Assembly (NCBI GenBank): GCA_023515725.1
Contig: JALDTO010000141.1
Span: 1-34,080, forward strand
DNA from: Amoeboaphelidium protococcarum X5
Lineage: Eukaryota; Fungi; Aphelidiomycota
DNA length: 34,080 nt
Direction: 5' to 3'
The stretch's first letter is position 1, and every line of letters starts with the position of its first letter. Positions 12,657 through 24,982 of this stretch are shown here, one piece after another. Under the pieces are notes generated by a model. It was given only the letters and a program-made list of their open reading frames with translations, ran no database searches and was not told the origin of the DNA. Position numbers and translations under genes: made by a program.

Positions 12657-14429
12657 TCAAATCGACACGTTGTCAACACTATTAATATCATACCTTCTCG
12701 TATGTTGTCGCTTATGATGATCAAGAGATATCATCTCATCTTTATTCATTCTTCGATCCAAAGCATCTTAGGAGACTTCATATAAGTGAATGTCAGAACC
12801 TGAGAGCTCCTTATATAATGCATCAGCCGGCGTATAATCTCCGTAAAAGAGAACTCCTCCATGGTATTTCAAGTCAACAAAATACATAGAGACACACACA
12901 AGTAAAGCAGCGAAAGACACGACAGCGAAAAACAGCTCAACTTTAGAGTAAGACGTGGGAGATTAGGGATCAGAGGAAACTATAGCACCAGAGACAAGTG
13001 GCATCACAACGTACGTCAAATTAAGTAGACTAACAGCGTATCCATACGCAAAGCTCCAGAGCTACGGTTACGATTTAAGCAAGATTGGAATGAAAGACCA
13101 GCTGATTAGAATGATAGAGTATGAGATGGCGAGCAGCAGAAGCGGAGTCAAGATTGTGAATGATAATACGGCCATGGGGCCTGATGGAGACAGAGCGAAT
13201 AGTAAATGTGCACAGGTGAGTGATGTGGTGCATGCAACCATCAATCGCAGTCTTGTAAATATAACACTGCCTAGTGAATGCCTCCTCCACTATTTATCGA
13301 CGAGATATCCACACAGTGGCCCAAGCACGGCGCCACTTAGATCACCCACACTCATCAATCGTCCGATAGTAACTAGATCTTTAATTTCAAACTTGTGCTT
13401 CAGCAATTGTGCATGTATCGCCGTAAAAGGTATCAGCGGGCCATATGCCAATAATATCATGAATCCAGTTAAATGTACTGCTAGAGGTAGTTATATCAAC
13501 GTGATGTAATAACGGCTGATTGAAGTAGTTATAACGTTCCATCCCATATTTCGATCTTCTACTAATTCAATAGGTGCACTTTGATCCTACTATTCAGCTT
13601 CCTAAGTAAAGACGGTAGAGAGCTAATGCTCAAGTATTAGACCACAAAGAGCACTAAATGCGCAGAATGCGAGTCCCACCCAAAATACGTATACCAACGC
13701 TAAACTCAATCCAACCTAAAAGTCACTACTACTGAACATGTTCACTATAACTGGAGATATTAAATCATCAAAAAGACTTCCAAATCTACCGACTGCAATA
13801 TTTAAAGCCAGCGATATTCCAATCCAGGCATGAGAGTAATCATTAGATGCACAAACGTACGATGTAATAAAGCTTTGCAAAACACCTAAACTTTCGGCGC
13901 AGCAGCCAATAATGAATCGTCCCAGAATAGATAGGAACGATATTCGCCGTAATACTCCGATAGAGAACAGCATCTAACCAATGCAGATAGTAATCGGCAA
14001 TATGACCAAATACTTTAAACTCTTTGACGCGGCGACAATCGAAGAATTACTATTGGACGTTATTAAAGCTCCGAATACCAGCGGGAGCACGACATTAGGC
14101 AGAGAGTAAGAGCTATACCATAGATTTAAAATCCATTCAAACTTACCGCCCAATGATGAACTATTAGATGAAATACTCTAACCAGAGTTGCTATTACTGT
14201 CATTACTAATGTCAAAGGGATAAAGATGAGATTCAATTGCCAGCGAAACTGATGACGGTGTATCATAGACGTAGAACGTGCCCAGAGTGAGAAGAGCAGA
14301 CAGGCAAAGTAGAAATACGGTTTAATAATACGGCATCAATCGCTTATTATCATTATTGCTGTTATTAACTTAAAGTTCAGAGTAATCCGGTATCTAGCCT
14401 TATTATCTCAAATCAGTGCCAAAATGCAT
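12657..14429 (-). CDS. MFSD1: MFSD1-like major facilitator superfamily transporter, 590 aa
   Basis: TM1 motif LLTLGTFYVYDTPSS, then NLWYSSYSLPNVVLPLVFG, GRFIIGCCAESL and AVGRFGS, with multiple hydrophobic helices. Start and stop in the same frame. Confidence 0.8.
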
Positions 14430-14646
14430 CGCTTAAAATTCAAGCGGACGGTTACGTATAATAAGAAAAATTAGGTTCTAATCGATCAAAGACATCTATA
14501 AAAAATGATTGATTATTATTGTACTTTATTATCTAAAACTATAGTTATTACTTTATTAAACGCTCCTCCACTACAAGATGCCTGATAAATGAGAGTAACC
14601 ACCTACTCACAAACGCATACAGAACATCACATATCCTTCACCTCAC

Positions 14647-15786
14647 TCAGTTCTCATCATTAGCGTTAAGCCAAAATTCATTGCCGAGAACCGCGTTCAA
14701 TTCATTACTTCCGGGTTATTGTGGTCGAAACTTCCTCATAAAATCAGTGTGAGGCTTAAAAGACCGCTTTGCTGCAATTGTAGTCGCAGAGCCATCATAG
14801 CTTTCTGAGATCGCTGGCAACCCATCCTGAGACCAATCGACGTGACTATCAAAGTGATCAAATGGCAAACCATCCTAGGACCAGTCGACATTAGAATTGA
14901 ATTCTTCATCACCGAAAGCATTCTTACTATTAGCATCCACATTGCGCCAGAACTCTTCCTCACCAACTTCATCAGGGATATCAGCGAGATCAGGATGGAC
15001 ATAAGTCTCCTCATCTTCCTGCACAATTTAAGATTTAGGTGGCAGTATAATTTAAGAATTGTACAGGACTTGAGGGGAGACAAACCATCTATGCTTATAC
15101 ACCTGGACATAGACTGTATGATCGACCGGAGCATCAGCTGTACAGCGAAAAACACTAGTTTGGGCTGACGCGTCGTGGTTGATAATTTAACATGAGCTTG
15201 GACGTAGCTCCATACCACTGTCCAAATCAACCAGGCGAGAGTTAATTCCACTAATCTTTGAACGGCCATTGACTCTCACAGAATATTCATAAGCATTAAC
15301 AGGTGACTAAACGCTTCTGAAAGACTGAATATCATTCAATTGGACTTCAATCTTCTAATCAGTAGATCCCAATTCCACAATCTCAAAGAGAGAAGAGTCG
15401 CCAACTGTACGTTTACCCAATTTGAGACGCAATTTATAATAGCCACCCTGGATAGAGGAGATATCATCAGCAGAAATGGTCAGCTATCCAGACTACTCCG
15501 ATGGACAAGGCAAATGCTTAAATACAACATATCTCTTACCGATGAATCGTGGAGTAAACTTGAGCAATTGAAGCTCACACAGCTCAGATGCCAACACATC
15601 ACTTCCCTTGCCATTCATCCACTTGGAATCAAATACAATGTTATCATTCAGTAGGCTACTAGTAGGTACGTCAACATACCACTTGCTTCTAGCCTGAGGC
15701 TCTTTAAACTTGGTAGGAAAAATACTAAATGCATCAGCAGATAGAGATACCCTCAACACCACAGCAAATAACACGCAAAATTTCAT
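14647..15786 (-). CDS. Secreted hypothetical protein, 379 aa; beta-rich N-terminal region and acidic C-terminal tail with a short repeat
   Basis: Signal peptide MKFCVLFAVVLRVSLSADA; open to TGA at 14647 with TAR=Gln; tail contains VDWSQDGLP twice. Confidence 0.75.
14815..14889 (-). repeat. Coding repeat with 48-bp period (VDWSQDGLP x2)
   Basis: GTC GAC TGG TCC TAG GAT GGT TTG CCA versus GTC GAT TGG TCT CAG GAT GGG TTG CCA. Confidence 0.85.
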
Positions 15787-16471
15787 CACGGATATTTATA
15801 GGTTTAATTTACCGGAGATATCTTTCTATTGTTATTATTGACTATATGTAATATGCAATAAAAGTCGCGTGATATATTGAAGAAGAAAACTTTTCATCAA
15901 CAACGTAGGAGTAATATTACGGCCATTAGCCCCTTGTCATGATGTGATCGATCACGGATTATGTTAATCCATCTGATTGACTTGTGTTTACTGTAAGATA
16001 ATACTGGTCAAGTTTCATTTTGCTATGGTAAAAACATCTCCCATAAAACGGCCCTTCAAAGAAAGCTAACTACGTGATATTCAGAAATGATGATCAAACA
16101 GAGTCCAACATCAAGTACTATGAATTCACCCTGAAGCTTAAACTACGTTGACTTTGTACAGGAACACACTCAGAAACAACTAAAGAATACAATACATTGG
16201 TACAAGTATCGTACAATCTGTATGACTGTGTAGGTGATTAATAGCAGATTTAAAGCAACCCAAAACTCGAGTTGAAGATTTCCGGTAGACGCGCGAGAAC
16301 TGAGCCGATGATGACGATTTCTGGCCAGTGAGCGCGCGCGCGTTTCTCTCTCGGCCTTCATCGCTTTTTTAATGACGACGACGACGTATGGGCGTGCGTT
16401 TCTCTCCACTCCTTTCACCTGTCCGGCCGTCTTTTCTCTCAATTTTTATTCAAAGCCGCCCGTTTGAAAAA

Positions 16472-18193
16472 ATGACAAAATCGAGTTCAAGTAGCAGCTC
16501 AACCTCACCGACGCCTATTCATCATCACCATCACCACCATAGTGCCCTTGAATATTCTCATCACTCATTATCAGCAGGGGTAGTTGACACCTCTGCCAAC
16601 TCATTAGACACTTTATCTGGTTTAGTACCTCCTCCACCTCCTCTCCCTAGTTTGGATATGACCAAATAGGATAGTGCAACGACGACTCACGGTCAATAAT
16701 TGGGTTGTATGAGCGAGTAAATGATGGCTTTCATGCAGTAGATGTGGAATTTTAGTAAGAGTAATATGTTGAATAGTGACTCAGATTGGATCAAGAATGG
16801 TTCTGGTGTTGTGAATTAGTACACGGTCACTAATAGCAGTAGTAACAGTGGCGGTCTAAATGGCAAAAGCGGTTTACTTAACTATCCTGTTAATTTTAAT
16901 CTCAGCTCTGCAACAGCTGGTGCTAGTTAATTAAATCAGAATGGCAAACGGCAGGCTGATAATGACTCCAATAGTCAACATCATAATCATCACAGTAATG
17001 GACCTGTTGTAAAGAGGAGGCGGGCCAAGCTTGAGTCTGAGATTCTTACGTTAATTAACAATGAAATCTTTGAGTAGAAGGTTGTTAAGCGGCATTTGAT
17101 GTCAGATAATGAACAGGCGTGTCTTTTGGGATAGTTGGAGGCTGCCCATGTCAGAAGTAGTTAATACCATGATCCTAATCTGTAGTAGACTAAACTTTGT
17201 CGTATAAATAGGCTGAGAGCAAAGTTGAAGTATCGTCAGAAGACATCATAGGTTTTTAATATTGACAATTAAATGGAACAATACCTAAAGTTTCCTCAGT
17301 CTGAAGAGTAGCTTCAGTCTGGTGTGACCAAATTGTTTCCATTAGGTAGTAAGGATTATACAGTTGAGTTGATTAGTCTGATACCTGAAGGTGCGGATGA
17401 AAGTCGATTTGTTTAGTTTTACAAGCGATTCAGATTAATGAGTAAACGATAAAAGCCTCTAGTAAAGTCCAAGGCTTTGAGAGGTGACACTGGTCGACGT
17501 GTAACACATTCCTCTAGACAGCACTCTGTTGCGAATATCGTTAAAGTGTCTCCAGGATCACCTGAATGGGCTCAAACTATTGTAAAAGAGTCTATACTGT
17601 TAATTGATTCTGTTAGTGGACTGATGCCTTAGCTCTTGTTGGATATTTAATCTTTATAAGGTAACACTATTAGCCAGTAATCTAACAATGTCGAATACGT
17701 ATGGCTGAATCAGGATAATGTACAAGCGGTAAAGTGTTTTCTGCGATAATTTCAAGTATTTAAATCTTTGGAATCTGAAGACTTTGCTTGTAATGCCTAG
17801 TGCATTATTGCCATATATTGCGGTCGTGTCGTTGGTGTTATCTTGGCACATGGTCAGATCGGTATCGAAGGATAGCCGCTCCTGGTTAGAAATGTCGTAT
17901 GTCATCCTGGATTCGATCCCAAGAGGTTGAGTAGGAATTTGATTTATATCCTCACTGAGAAAGTCAATAGATGTAGTGGGAATCAATTATACGGCGGCCG
18001 TGATGTTGTGGTTGTTGTCAATTCTTAATAGAATCCTGTATTACATGACGTTCTGTGTGAGTTTGGCTATAAAGTGGAATCTTATAGTAGTAGTAGTAGT
18101 CCTGGTGGAGACTCTTCATACGATCAGAGTTGTCAGATTAGATGGAGCACGCCGTCCTGTATCATTATGCGCTAATGTAATTTATTGAGTTGA
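16472..18193 (+). CDS. KAT14/CSRP2BP (ATAC2)-like protein with a divergent C-terminal GNAT domain, 573 aa
   Basis: RLRAKLKYRQKTSQVFNID resembles CSRP2BP LRRKLIVRQ..LFDLD. The C-terminus follows GNAT order: CIIAIYCGRVVG...VVCHPGF...LIYIL...DVVVVVN..NP...FGYKVE. N-terminus is S/H/N low-complexity with a KRRR NLS-like motif. Confidence 0.65.
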
Positions 18194-18286
18194 TCCTCGT
18201 ACTATTTTCTAATAATGAAATAAAAATCGTAATAAATTGTGTATTCTAGTGACTGGATCGCGATATTAGTATTATTTACAATTGAT

Positions 18287-18928
18287 TCACAGTTTGCGCT
18301 TAGATAGGACTTTCAACTTCTCCTTGTTCTAGCCATCTCTAAGCTTATTAACCAGGCCAGCAGACGGCTTCTTGATGTGCATGAAATTACAAAGTCCACC
18401 GCGATTACACACACCATCTTCATGCTACCTGCACCGCGCCTCTCTGAAATCACTAACTGGACTCAATTCAGCGTAGATTGGACGTCCCGCGTAAAATCGA
18501 TTATTTAAATCATTAACAGCCATCTCAGCCTCATAGTCACTACTGAAGCGGATGTATATATTGCCAACTAGGTGCTCTGCCACGTTCTCACACACCACCA
18601 TATCCACCACTCCACTATAATCAGCCGGATTTCGCCGATCATCTTTTGCCGCTTAATTGTAGCCTCCATACTTTAATGAAATCTCTATCCAGAAATCAGC
18701 GTAGAATTAATCAAAAAATTCCTGTAATTCTTCCGCGTTTAGTTTACATTCAGGATCATTCGCAGGATTATTAAATAGTGAATGGATGATGATAGTACTG
18801 GAGAACTGAGGCTTAGTATGCTACCTCGCACAAGTATCACCATGTCTACAAGCACCGATCTTGTTATAGAACGCGCAATTATACTTGTCCTTTTCACTAC
18901 CAAAAACCTGTGCTAATATCGTAGCCAT
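18287..18928 (-). CDS. U2AF1: U2 snRNP auxiliary factor small subunit (U2AF35/U2AF23), 213 aa
   Basis: ZnF1 [40 protein letters not shown]...[12 protein letters not shown], ZnF2 [19 protein letters not shown]. Confidence 0.97.
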
Positions 18929-19067
18929 ATTGCAGTAATTTAAATTTTATTTTGCTGTTCTTTATTTCAGTGAGCTGATTACAGAAATAGGAAAGAATAA
19001 TCAGATTCTGATCTATTCTTCTTCATTTTCGTCGATTTTATAATCTCTTAAAGAGCCGTAATAAGAA

Positions 19068-19370
19068 ATGACAAAGGAACAAGTCGCCAATTAGTTGTAG
19101 CACAAGTAGGTGCAAAATGCTTTAGATACTCCTTAGAAAAAAGCTGCCGTTCTTGATAAAGTAATCCCAAATCCTGCGCTGATGCACAGTAGACAGGCGT
19201 TGCACTAGACGCAGAAATTCAATTCAATGCTCACAAGAAATATTGCCATGGCGTCATCCATTGTGGCATTCAGTGTTGGTGTGTATTATTACTCCATGTA
19301 TAGTGTCAAGTAGGATGCAATGTCTGATGAATTTCTGCTTGCTTATGAACCCAAGGACGCGTCCTAATGA
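19068..19370 (+). CDS. COA3: Cytochrome c oxidase assembly factor 3-like, 100 aa
   Basis: RNIAMASSIVAFSVGVYYYSMYSVKQD: a single TM helix followed by the VKQD motif (Q encoded by TAG). Confidence 0.75.
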
Positions 19371-19554
19371 GTATTAAATGTGTTACTGCTTGTGTATGAA
19401 TATATAAAAGTCTCTTTTGCACCTTGTTTATCTCTATTTTGAGGCGTTTCTTTTTTACCTCTCATCAGTCAATTTTATTATAAAAGTGCTCCAGCCATTA
19501 ATTTATCTCTAAATAGTAATTATTAATTATTGAAATTCAATATTAGATTATAGA

Positions 19555-20064
19555 ATGGCAGCGAACAAGTTATCGTGTGAGCAAGAAATTGAGTAAATGA
19601 GTAAGACTAGATTGTAATAACTGTTGGATAATGAAGATGAGTTCAAGGAATGGATGTTTAAATAAGTTGATGATGAAAGCCAAGAGAATGTGGTCAAAGA
19701 ACTACTGGACACTAATATGAGCATTGCTAATAAGACTATGCAGCTGAAATAGGAACTTGTACAAAAATAGTCAGAACTGGGCAAGCTGTAAGATGAAGTG
19801 GTGAAGGCTTATGAACAGTATGAGCAATTGTACATTCGATCTTTGGCGCAAGGAAAGCCTGCCGGGAACGTGAAACAGACGATTGTGAATGAGCTGAGGA
19901 ATTACATTGCCCAACTGGACGCGGAATGTGAGCAAGTCCACCGCGCAACGATCAACGGAGACGAGACTGACGCCGCGACAATGAACGATCTGATCGAATC
20001 TTACCGGGTGAAACGGAAAGCGTTCCACATTGCGTGCATGAAGTTGAAGATGTTTTAGAAATGA
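19555..20064 (+). CDS. VPS37: ESCRT-I subunit VPS37 (Mod_r domain)-like, 169 aa
   Basis: MSKTRLQQLLDNEDEF...NMSIANKTM...LDAECEQ...DLIESYRVKRKAFHIACMK matches the Mod_r pattern. Confidence 0.7.
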
Positions 20065-20433
20065 TTTCTTTATTTCTTGCCGTTTCAGTGCTTGATTTCT
20101 CTTATTTCATTCATTCTATTGTCATTCATCTTTCACCTGGTTTTAATGTGCCTTCTTGAAGGTATCATCATCATCTCAATCGTTTTTTATGAAACATATA
20201 GTCCTTATTAATGATCAGACACAAATTGCGACGTGAATCTGCTGCTTAATTAAGTAAAACAATTAGTTCTGCTAGTGGAAAGATACTTGAATTCCAAAGT
20301 AGTTTGTGGCTTACACTCGGTCTCAATCTCAGTCAAAGCCGTTCCTTTCTCCTCGACGCGGTTCATCGTTGTCTTTGTAATCTCTTCCTGGTCGTGTGGA
20401 TAATATTGATTAAACAACTACAATTAATTGACA

Positions 20434-23400
20434 ATGTCTGTTCCCAGTACGAAGGACTTGATTAACAAGACTTAAAAGTATAGACGTAATGGTGTTGTTC
20501 TTACCAGTGGAACCCTGCTGAAAAGGGATCATTTCCCACGGAAATTGTTTTCCAACAAGGGTGCGTCCAATGTCTCCCCTCTTACAGGTACTGGTGATGC
20601 GTAGAATGGCAACTCTGCGGTGGAATAAAGTATTAATGCTTTTAGTGACAATGTGTATCATTTGGAAGGTGCTCCTAATTTCAGATTTGTCGAAATTGAT
20701 CATGGTGGTTTGGTGTAGCAAGATGGAGCTGGCTATAATATTTTTGGTTGCAGTCAGCCGACTATCACTGGCCTTGAGACTGTCATACACTTGCTCATGT
20801 ACAAGGATAATATGTAGAAGTTGAATGCTCAGCGAAAGGAGAGTACTGTGTCAGTGGATGCACAGCCTTAGTTGCCTGCCACTATGAGAAAGCATAGTGA
20901 ACCTCTGGCTGTCAATGCTGCGTAAGTTCACGCAAATTTTCATCATTAATTGTTGCATCAGACTGATCTACCATCAAGCAGTAGCCAAGATTTATCTCAG
21001 GATAAGTCCACTAGCATTGACAGTAAGCATATGATCAGGAAGATTGTGTGGATTAATACTAGAGAGGAGCCCATTATGTACATTAGTGGTAAGCCGTATG
21101 TTCTCAGAGATGTTGGAAATCCATTTTAGAATATCAGCACTTACAATGGAATATCCGCTGCTAGGTTGGAGTAGATGGAGCAGAGACTGAAGAATGATAT
21201 TCTGTATGAGTGTAAGCGTTGCGGAGGTCTTCTCTTGGTCTATGACGAGCTTGATGATGGTGTTTTAATTCCATCTTGGATTGCCGCTAATGAGCAGAAT
21301 GTGCTTACCACTGCTGAAGTTTTCGGTAAGTTTAAAAACATCTTGGAGTATCATCGTGTTCCAGTGTCACCTGAGTAGAGACCTGAGGATGTATATGTGG
21401 ATGAGTACATTAAGATTATTTCCAATTGTACATTGAATGATGCCGTGGTGTTTAATTGCGGGCTCGGTGTTGGTAGAACTACTTTCGGAATGGTTTGTGG
21501 TGTGTTGTTACGGGAAAGTTTGTATTAGGTGGAGAATCTGAGAAGCCAATCTTCTGCCATTGTGCGCACATTGAGCCGTATGAGTCTGGACAAGAGTGTT
21601 AATTTCTCAGGATCTCATGAAGAGTCCCTGGTGATGCTGCGTCTCATCGCTTGTCTGGAGAAGGGACTTGATATTAAGAATCCTTCCGAATTTCTGATGC
21701 ACAATTTCCATCATTTGGATCAGTTGAAGGATGCAGTGCGCGGAAATTATGCCATAATCCTCAAGTTGGTATCTTTGATTGATGATGGCTTTGTGGATAA
21801 GAGGACACTTGATCATGTTATTGATAAGTGCGATAGACTAGTTAATTTGAGGGATGAGATTCTCTCATTCCGGCTGGCTTATATGAAGAATGGGGATGAA
21901 AAGTACTTAAAGCGAGCTGTTGGTTTTCTGGAGAGATACTATTTCCTCCTTATCCTCACCGCGTATGTAAATGATAAAGATCGCACCTAATCTGTGACTT
22001 TCTCCAAGTGGCTATCAGCAAGGCCAGAAATTAAAAATACACTGGACAGAATTAGGAATAAGACTGATGTCATGCTGTTCAGACCGGTGATGGACATGTT
22101 TCATTATGGAGATGCACGGCAGAATGGAAGTGGTGTTATCAGAGGTATTATGCGTGGTCAATTTGGTAAGAATGAACATGACATGAAAACTATCCGCAAT
22201 CGCAATGGTGCTGTATTAAGTAGTCAAACTATTCTGAAGGCTGACTTTTGGCGTCAAGAACAGTCGCAGAGCAGAGGACTGGAAATTCAGAATCTTGGTG
22301 GTGCATCTAATTTCAGGCGTATTAACGGTCTTCCTGTGTTCGCAGTGGCTCAGCCAACTCTAACAGGTATATAGAATGTTGTTAGTACCATTAGTAACGA
22401 TGTTGGTCCTGTTGATATCATCTGGATTAATATGCGTGAAGAGCCGCTGATCTACATCAATGGTACGCCGTATGTGCTCAGAGACGAGTTTTTGACTTTG
22501 CGTAACACCAAAGCGTACTCTGGCATCACCCAGTCTAGGCTAGAGATGTTGGAAGAACGTCTGAAGGAAGATGTTGTGAAGGAAGTTGAAAAATCTGGTG
22601 GCAAGATTTTGCTGCATTAGGAGATTGATGGTGCTGTGATCCCCACTTGGGTGATTGTGGACTTGGAGAATATAAAGACTCTTAGATAAATTGCTGAGAG
22701 TATCAAGGATGAACTGAGATTGTAGAAAGGAATTGGGTATAATGCTTCTCCACGTTCTTTTGATTATCACAGAGTTCCAGTGACTGCTGAGTCTGCGATG
22801 GAAGAAGGTGATTTTGATTAGATTCTACGTGCTATCTGCCATTCCTTTAAGGGAAATTCAGTCAGTGTGACTAATTGTCAAATCGGTGTGGGCAGAAGCA
22901 CGATGGGATCCATAATAACAATCCTTATCCTCGCCTGGTTGAAGAAGGTGGATTTGTCTCAGCTTTCTAGAGAACATAATTCTAAGAAGAGTATTTAGAA
23001 TTATCAAGTGATCCACTCCCTGCTCAGAGTTGTTAAAAATGGCTTGGAAGTCAAGGACAAGGTAGACGTGACCATTGACGCGTGTGCAGCGGTGGTTAAT
23101 GTTCGAGATCAAATCGAGGAGTACAGATCCATGTCTGAGAATGCTTTATAGCCCGAAGATGTAGAGTTATACCTGAAAAAATCTCTGAATAGCTTGCACA
23201 GATATTTCTTACTAATTGCATTCCAGGCTTACTTGAATGATAACTAAAACTATGATTTGGAGTAGATGCCAACTTTCTAGGATTGGATGGCGAATCATTT
23301 GGAGTTTTAGACTTTGATTAATGAGATGTATCACTTGAAAATGAATTCTCTAATTCCTGTTGGTAATTAGAACTTGGGCGATGGTGTTGCACTCTCTTCA

Positions 23401-24648
23401 GAAGTGTCAAAGGTTGTTCGCAGTAGACGTGGTTCTGTGTTGGCGTAGCATATGATACTGAAGTTTGATCACTTCCCTGGCTGTCAGAAGTTGACTCTTA
23501 CAGATCGTGTTGAAGGTGCTCCTAATTTCAGATAGGTGGACATTAGTAGTATTGATGAATTGTCTACCTCTGATACTGATCAAATGGGTAGAATATATGG
23601 TGTTTCTATGCCCACCAAAGATGCAATCAAGTCAGTATTGGAGAGAACTGGTTCGGGTGTTAATGGATAGCGTACTTTGCAATGGGTGTCGCTGCGTGAA
23701 GAGCCTGTTCTGTACGTCAATGGCAAACCGTTTGTGCTGCGTACAAGTATTTAACCGGTGAAGAATTTGGAGACTACGGGTATTGTGCGTGAGCGGGTGG
23801 AGGGAATGGAACTTCGTATGAAGAATGATGCGTTGCGAGAGATTTAGGAGTATGATGGCCGCCTGATGCTTCATGAGGAGGAGGTTAGTAAAGCGGGAGC
23901 ACATCCAGCAGGTTAGATTGTTTGCGTTTGGGAGTCTGTGAAGCCTGAAGACATTTAAACTCCGGCTGAAGTATATGAGGAACTTGCGAGATAAGGCTAT
24001 AAAGTGCAATACCATAGACTGCCCATTACTGATGAATAGGCACCATTGCCAAAGGTGTTTGATGAATTGCTTGTCATTTGCCAAAGTATACGCTTGAATA
24101 CTGATGCAATATTTAATTGCCAGATGGGTAGGGGAAGAACCACTACGGCCATGGTGACTGCTTGCATAAATCAGATGGTCAAGAAGTTATCGGATGATGA
24201 TCAAATTCTGTCACCGAGATTCATATCTAGCGATGATGGTGAAGACGTATCTCCAGGTGGTAGTGAAGATGGGGAGCGGTAGATGTATCTCAGAGGTGAA
24301 TACAAGATTGTTCTGTAATTACTGAGAGTTTTACAATTTGGGCGATTGGCCAAGAGCATCACGGACAGGGCGATTGATGCTTGTGCCCACGTACAGAATA
24401 TCAGAATGGCCATATACGACTATAAAGTGCGTGTTGAAGCGATGGAACCCAACTCCAAGGCGTATCATGGTCTCTATACTGCTGCGTAAAATTATCTTAT
24501 CCGATACTTTTATCTGATTGTATTTGCAAGTTATCTGTTGGAGAAAGGAAAGTAGAAGCTGAGCCAATTTCCGTCATTCCACGTATGGTTGCAAGATCGT
24601 AGAGAGATTTTGAATATTCTGTCACCATCTAATTAGGATTTGAAATGA
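20434..24648 (+). CDS. Paladin-like protein with three PTP-like (inositol phosphate phosphatase/phytase-like) domains, 1,404 aa
   Basis: Three repeats of LKxDxF / GAPNFR / W..REEP..Y..G.P.VLR, each with a CX5R loop: CGLGVGR (21457), CQIGVGR (22876), CQMGRGR (24118). Confidence 0.9.
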
Positions 24649-24982
24649 TCAATAGTGATAGTAAAGTAAAATACGTTCAACATGTACTCTAATTTTGTTT
24701 ATTCATTTCAAACATCAATTATAATGTTAGGTACAGTAGTCTATAGAAATTTGGAGCAGATGAGTCGTGTAAAGAGCCAGAATCTTTGGCCAACTCAATA
24801 ACTTCATTTTCTAGCCAAGAGTTTCAATCAAATGGCGCCCCTAGATCAATCCAATTTCCAGTCGGCAGGTTGAAACATAGGGGCTCTCATAACAATCCAG
24901 TTATTTTTAATGAACCTGATATTGATCAATTCCCGTTAAAAACTGGGAATCTTAACTTTAGATACACACAAATACACTCAAA

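Noticed and set aside
16388-16471. Upstream in-frame ATG for the KAT14-like gene
   Set aside because: The segment is pyrimidine-rich, promoter/UTR-like sequence; ATG 16472 in an AAAAATG context is more plausible, though not proven.
19798-20058. GC-richer, TAR-free 3' half of VPS37 (and the TBP core) as a sign of foreign DNA or TAR avoidance near gene ends
   Set aside because: Too few Gln codons to be significant, and TAR occurs within a few codons of the stop in TBP, COA3, VPS37, the paladin-like gene and LAMTOR2.
20211-20598. Out-of-frame upstream ORF overlapping the start of the paladin-like gene
   Set aside because: No recognisable homology, and ORFs of this length are expected by chance when only TGA terminates.
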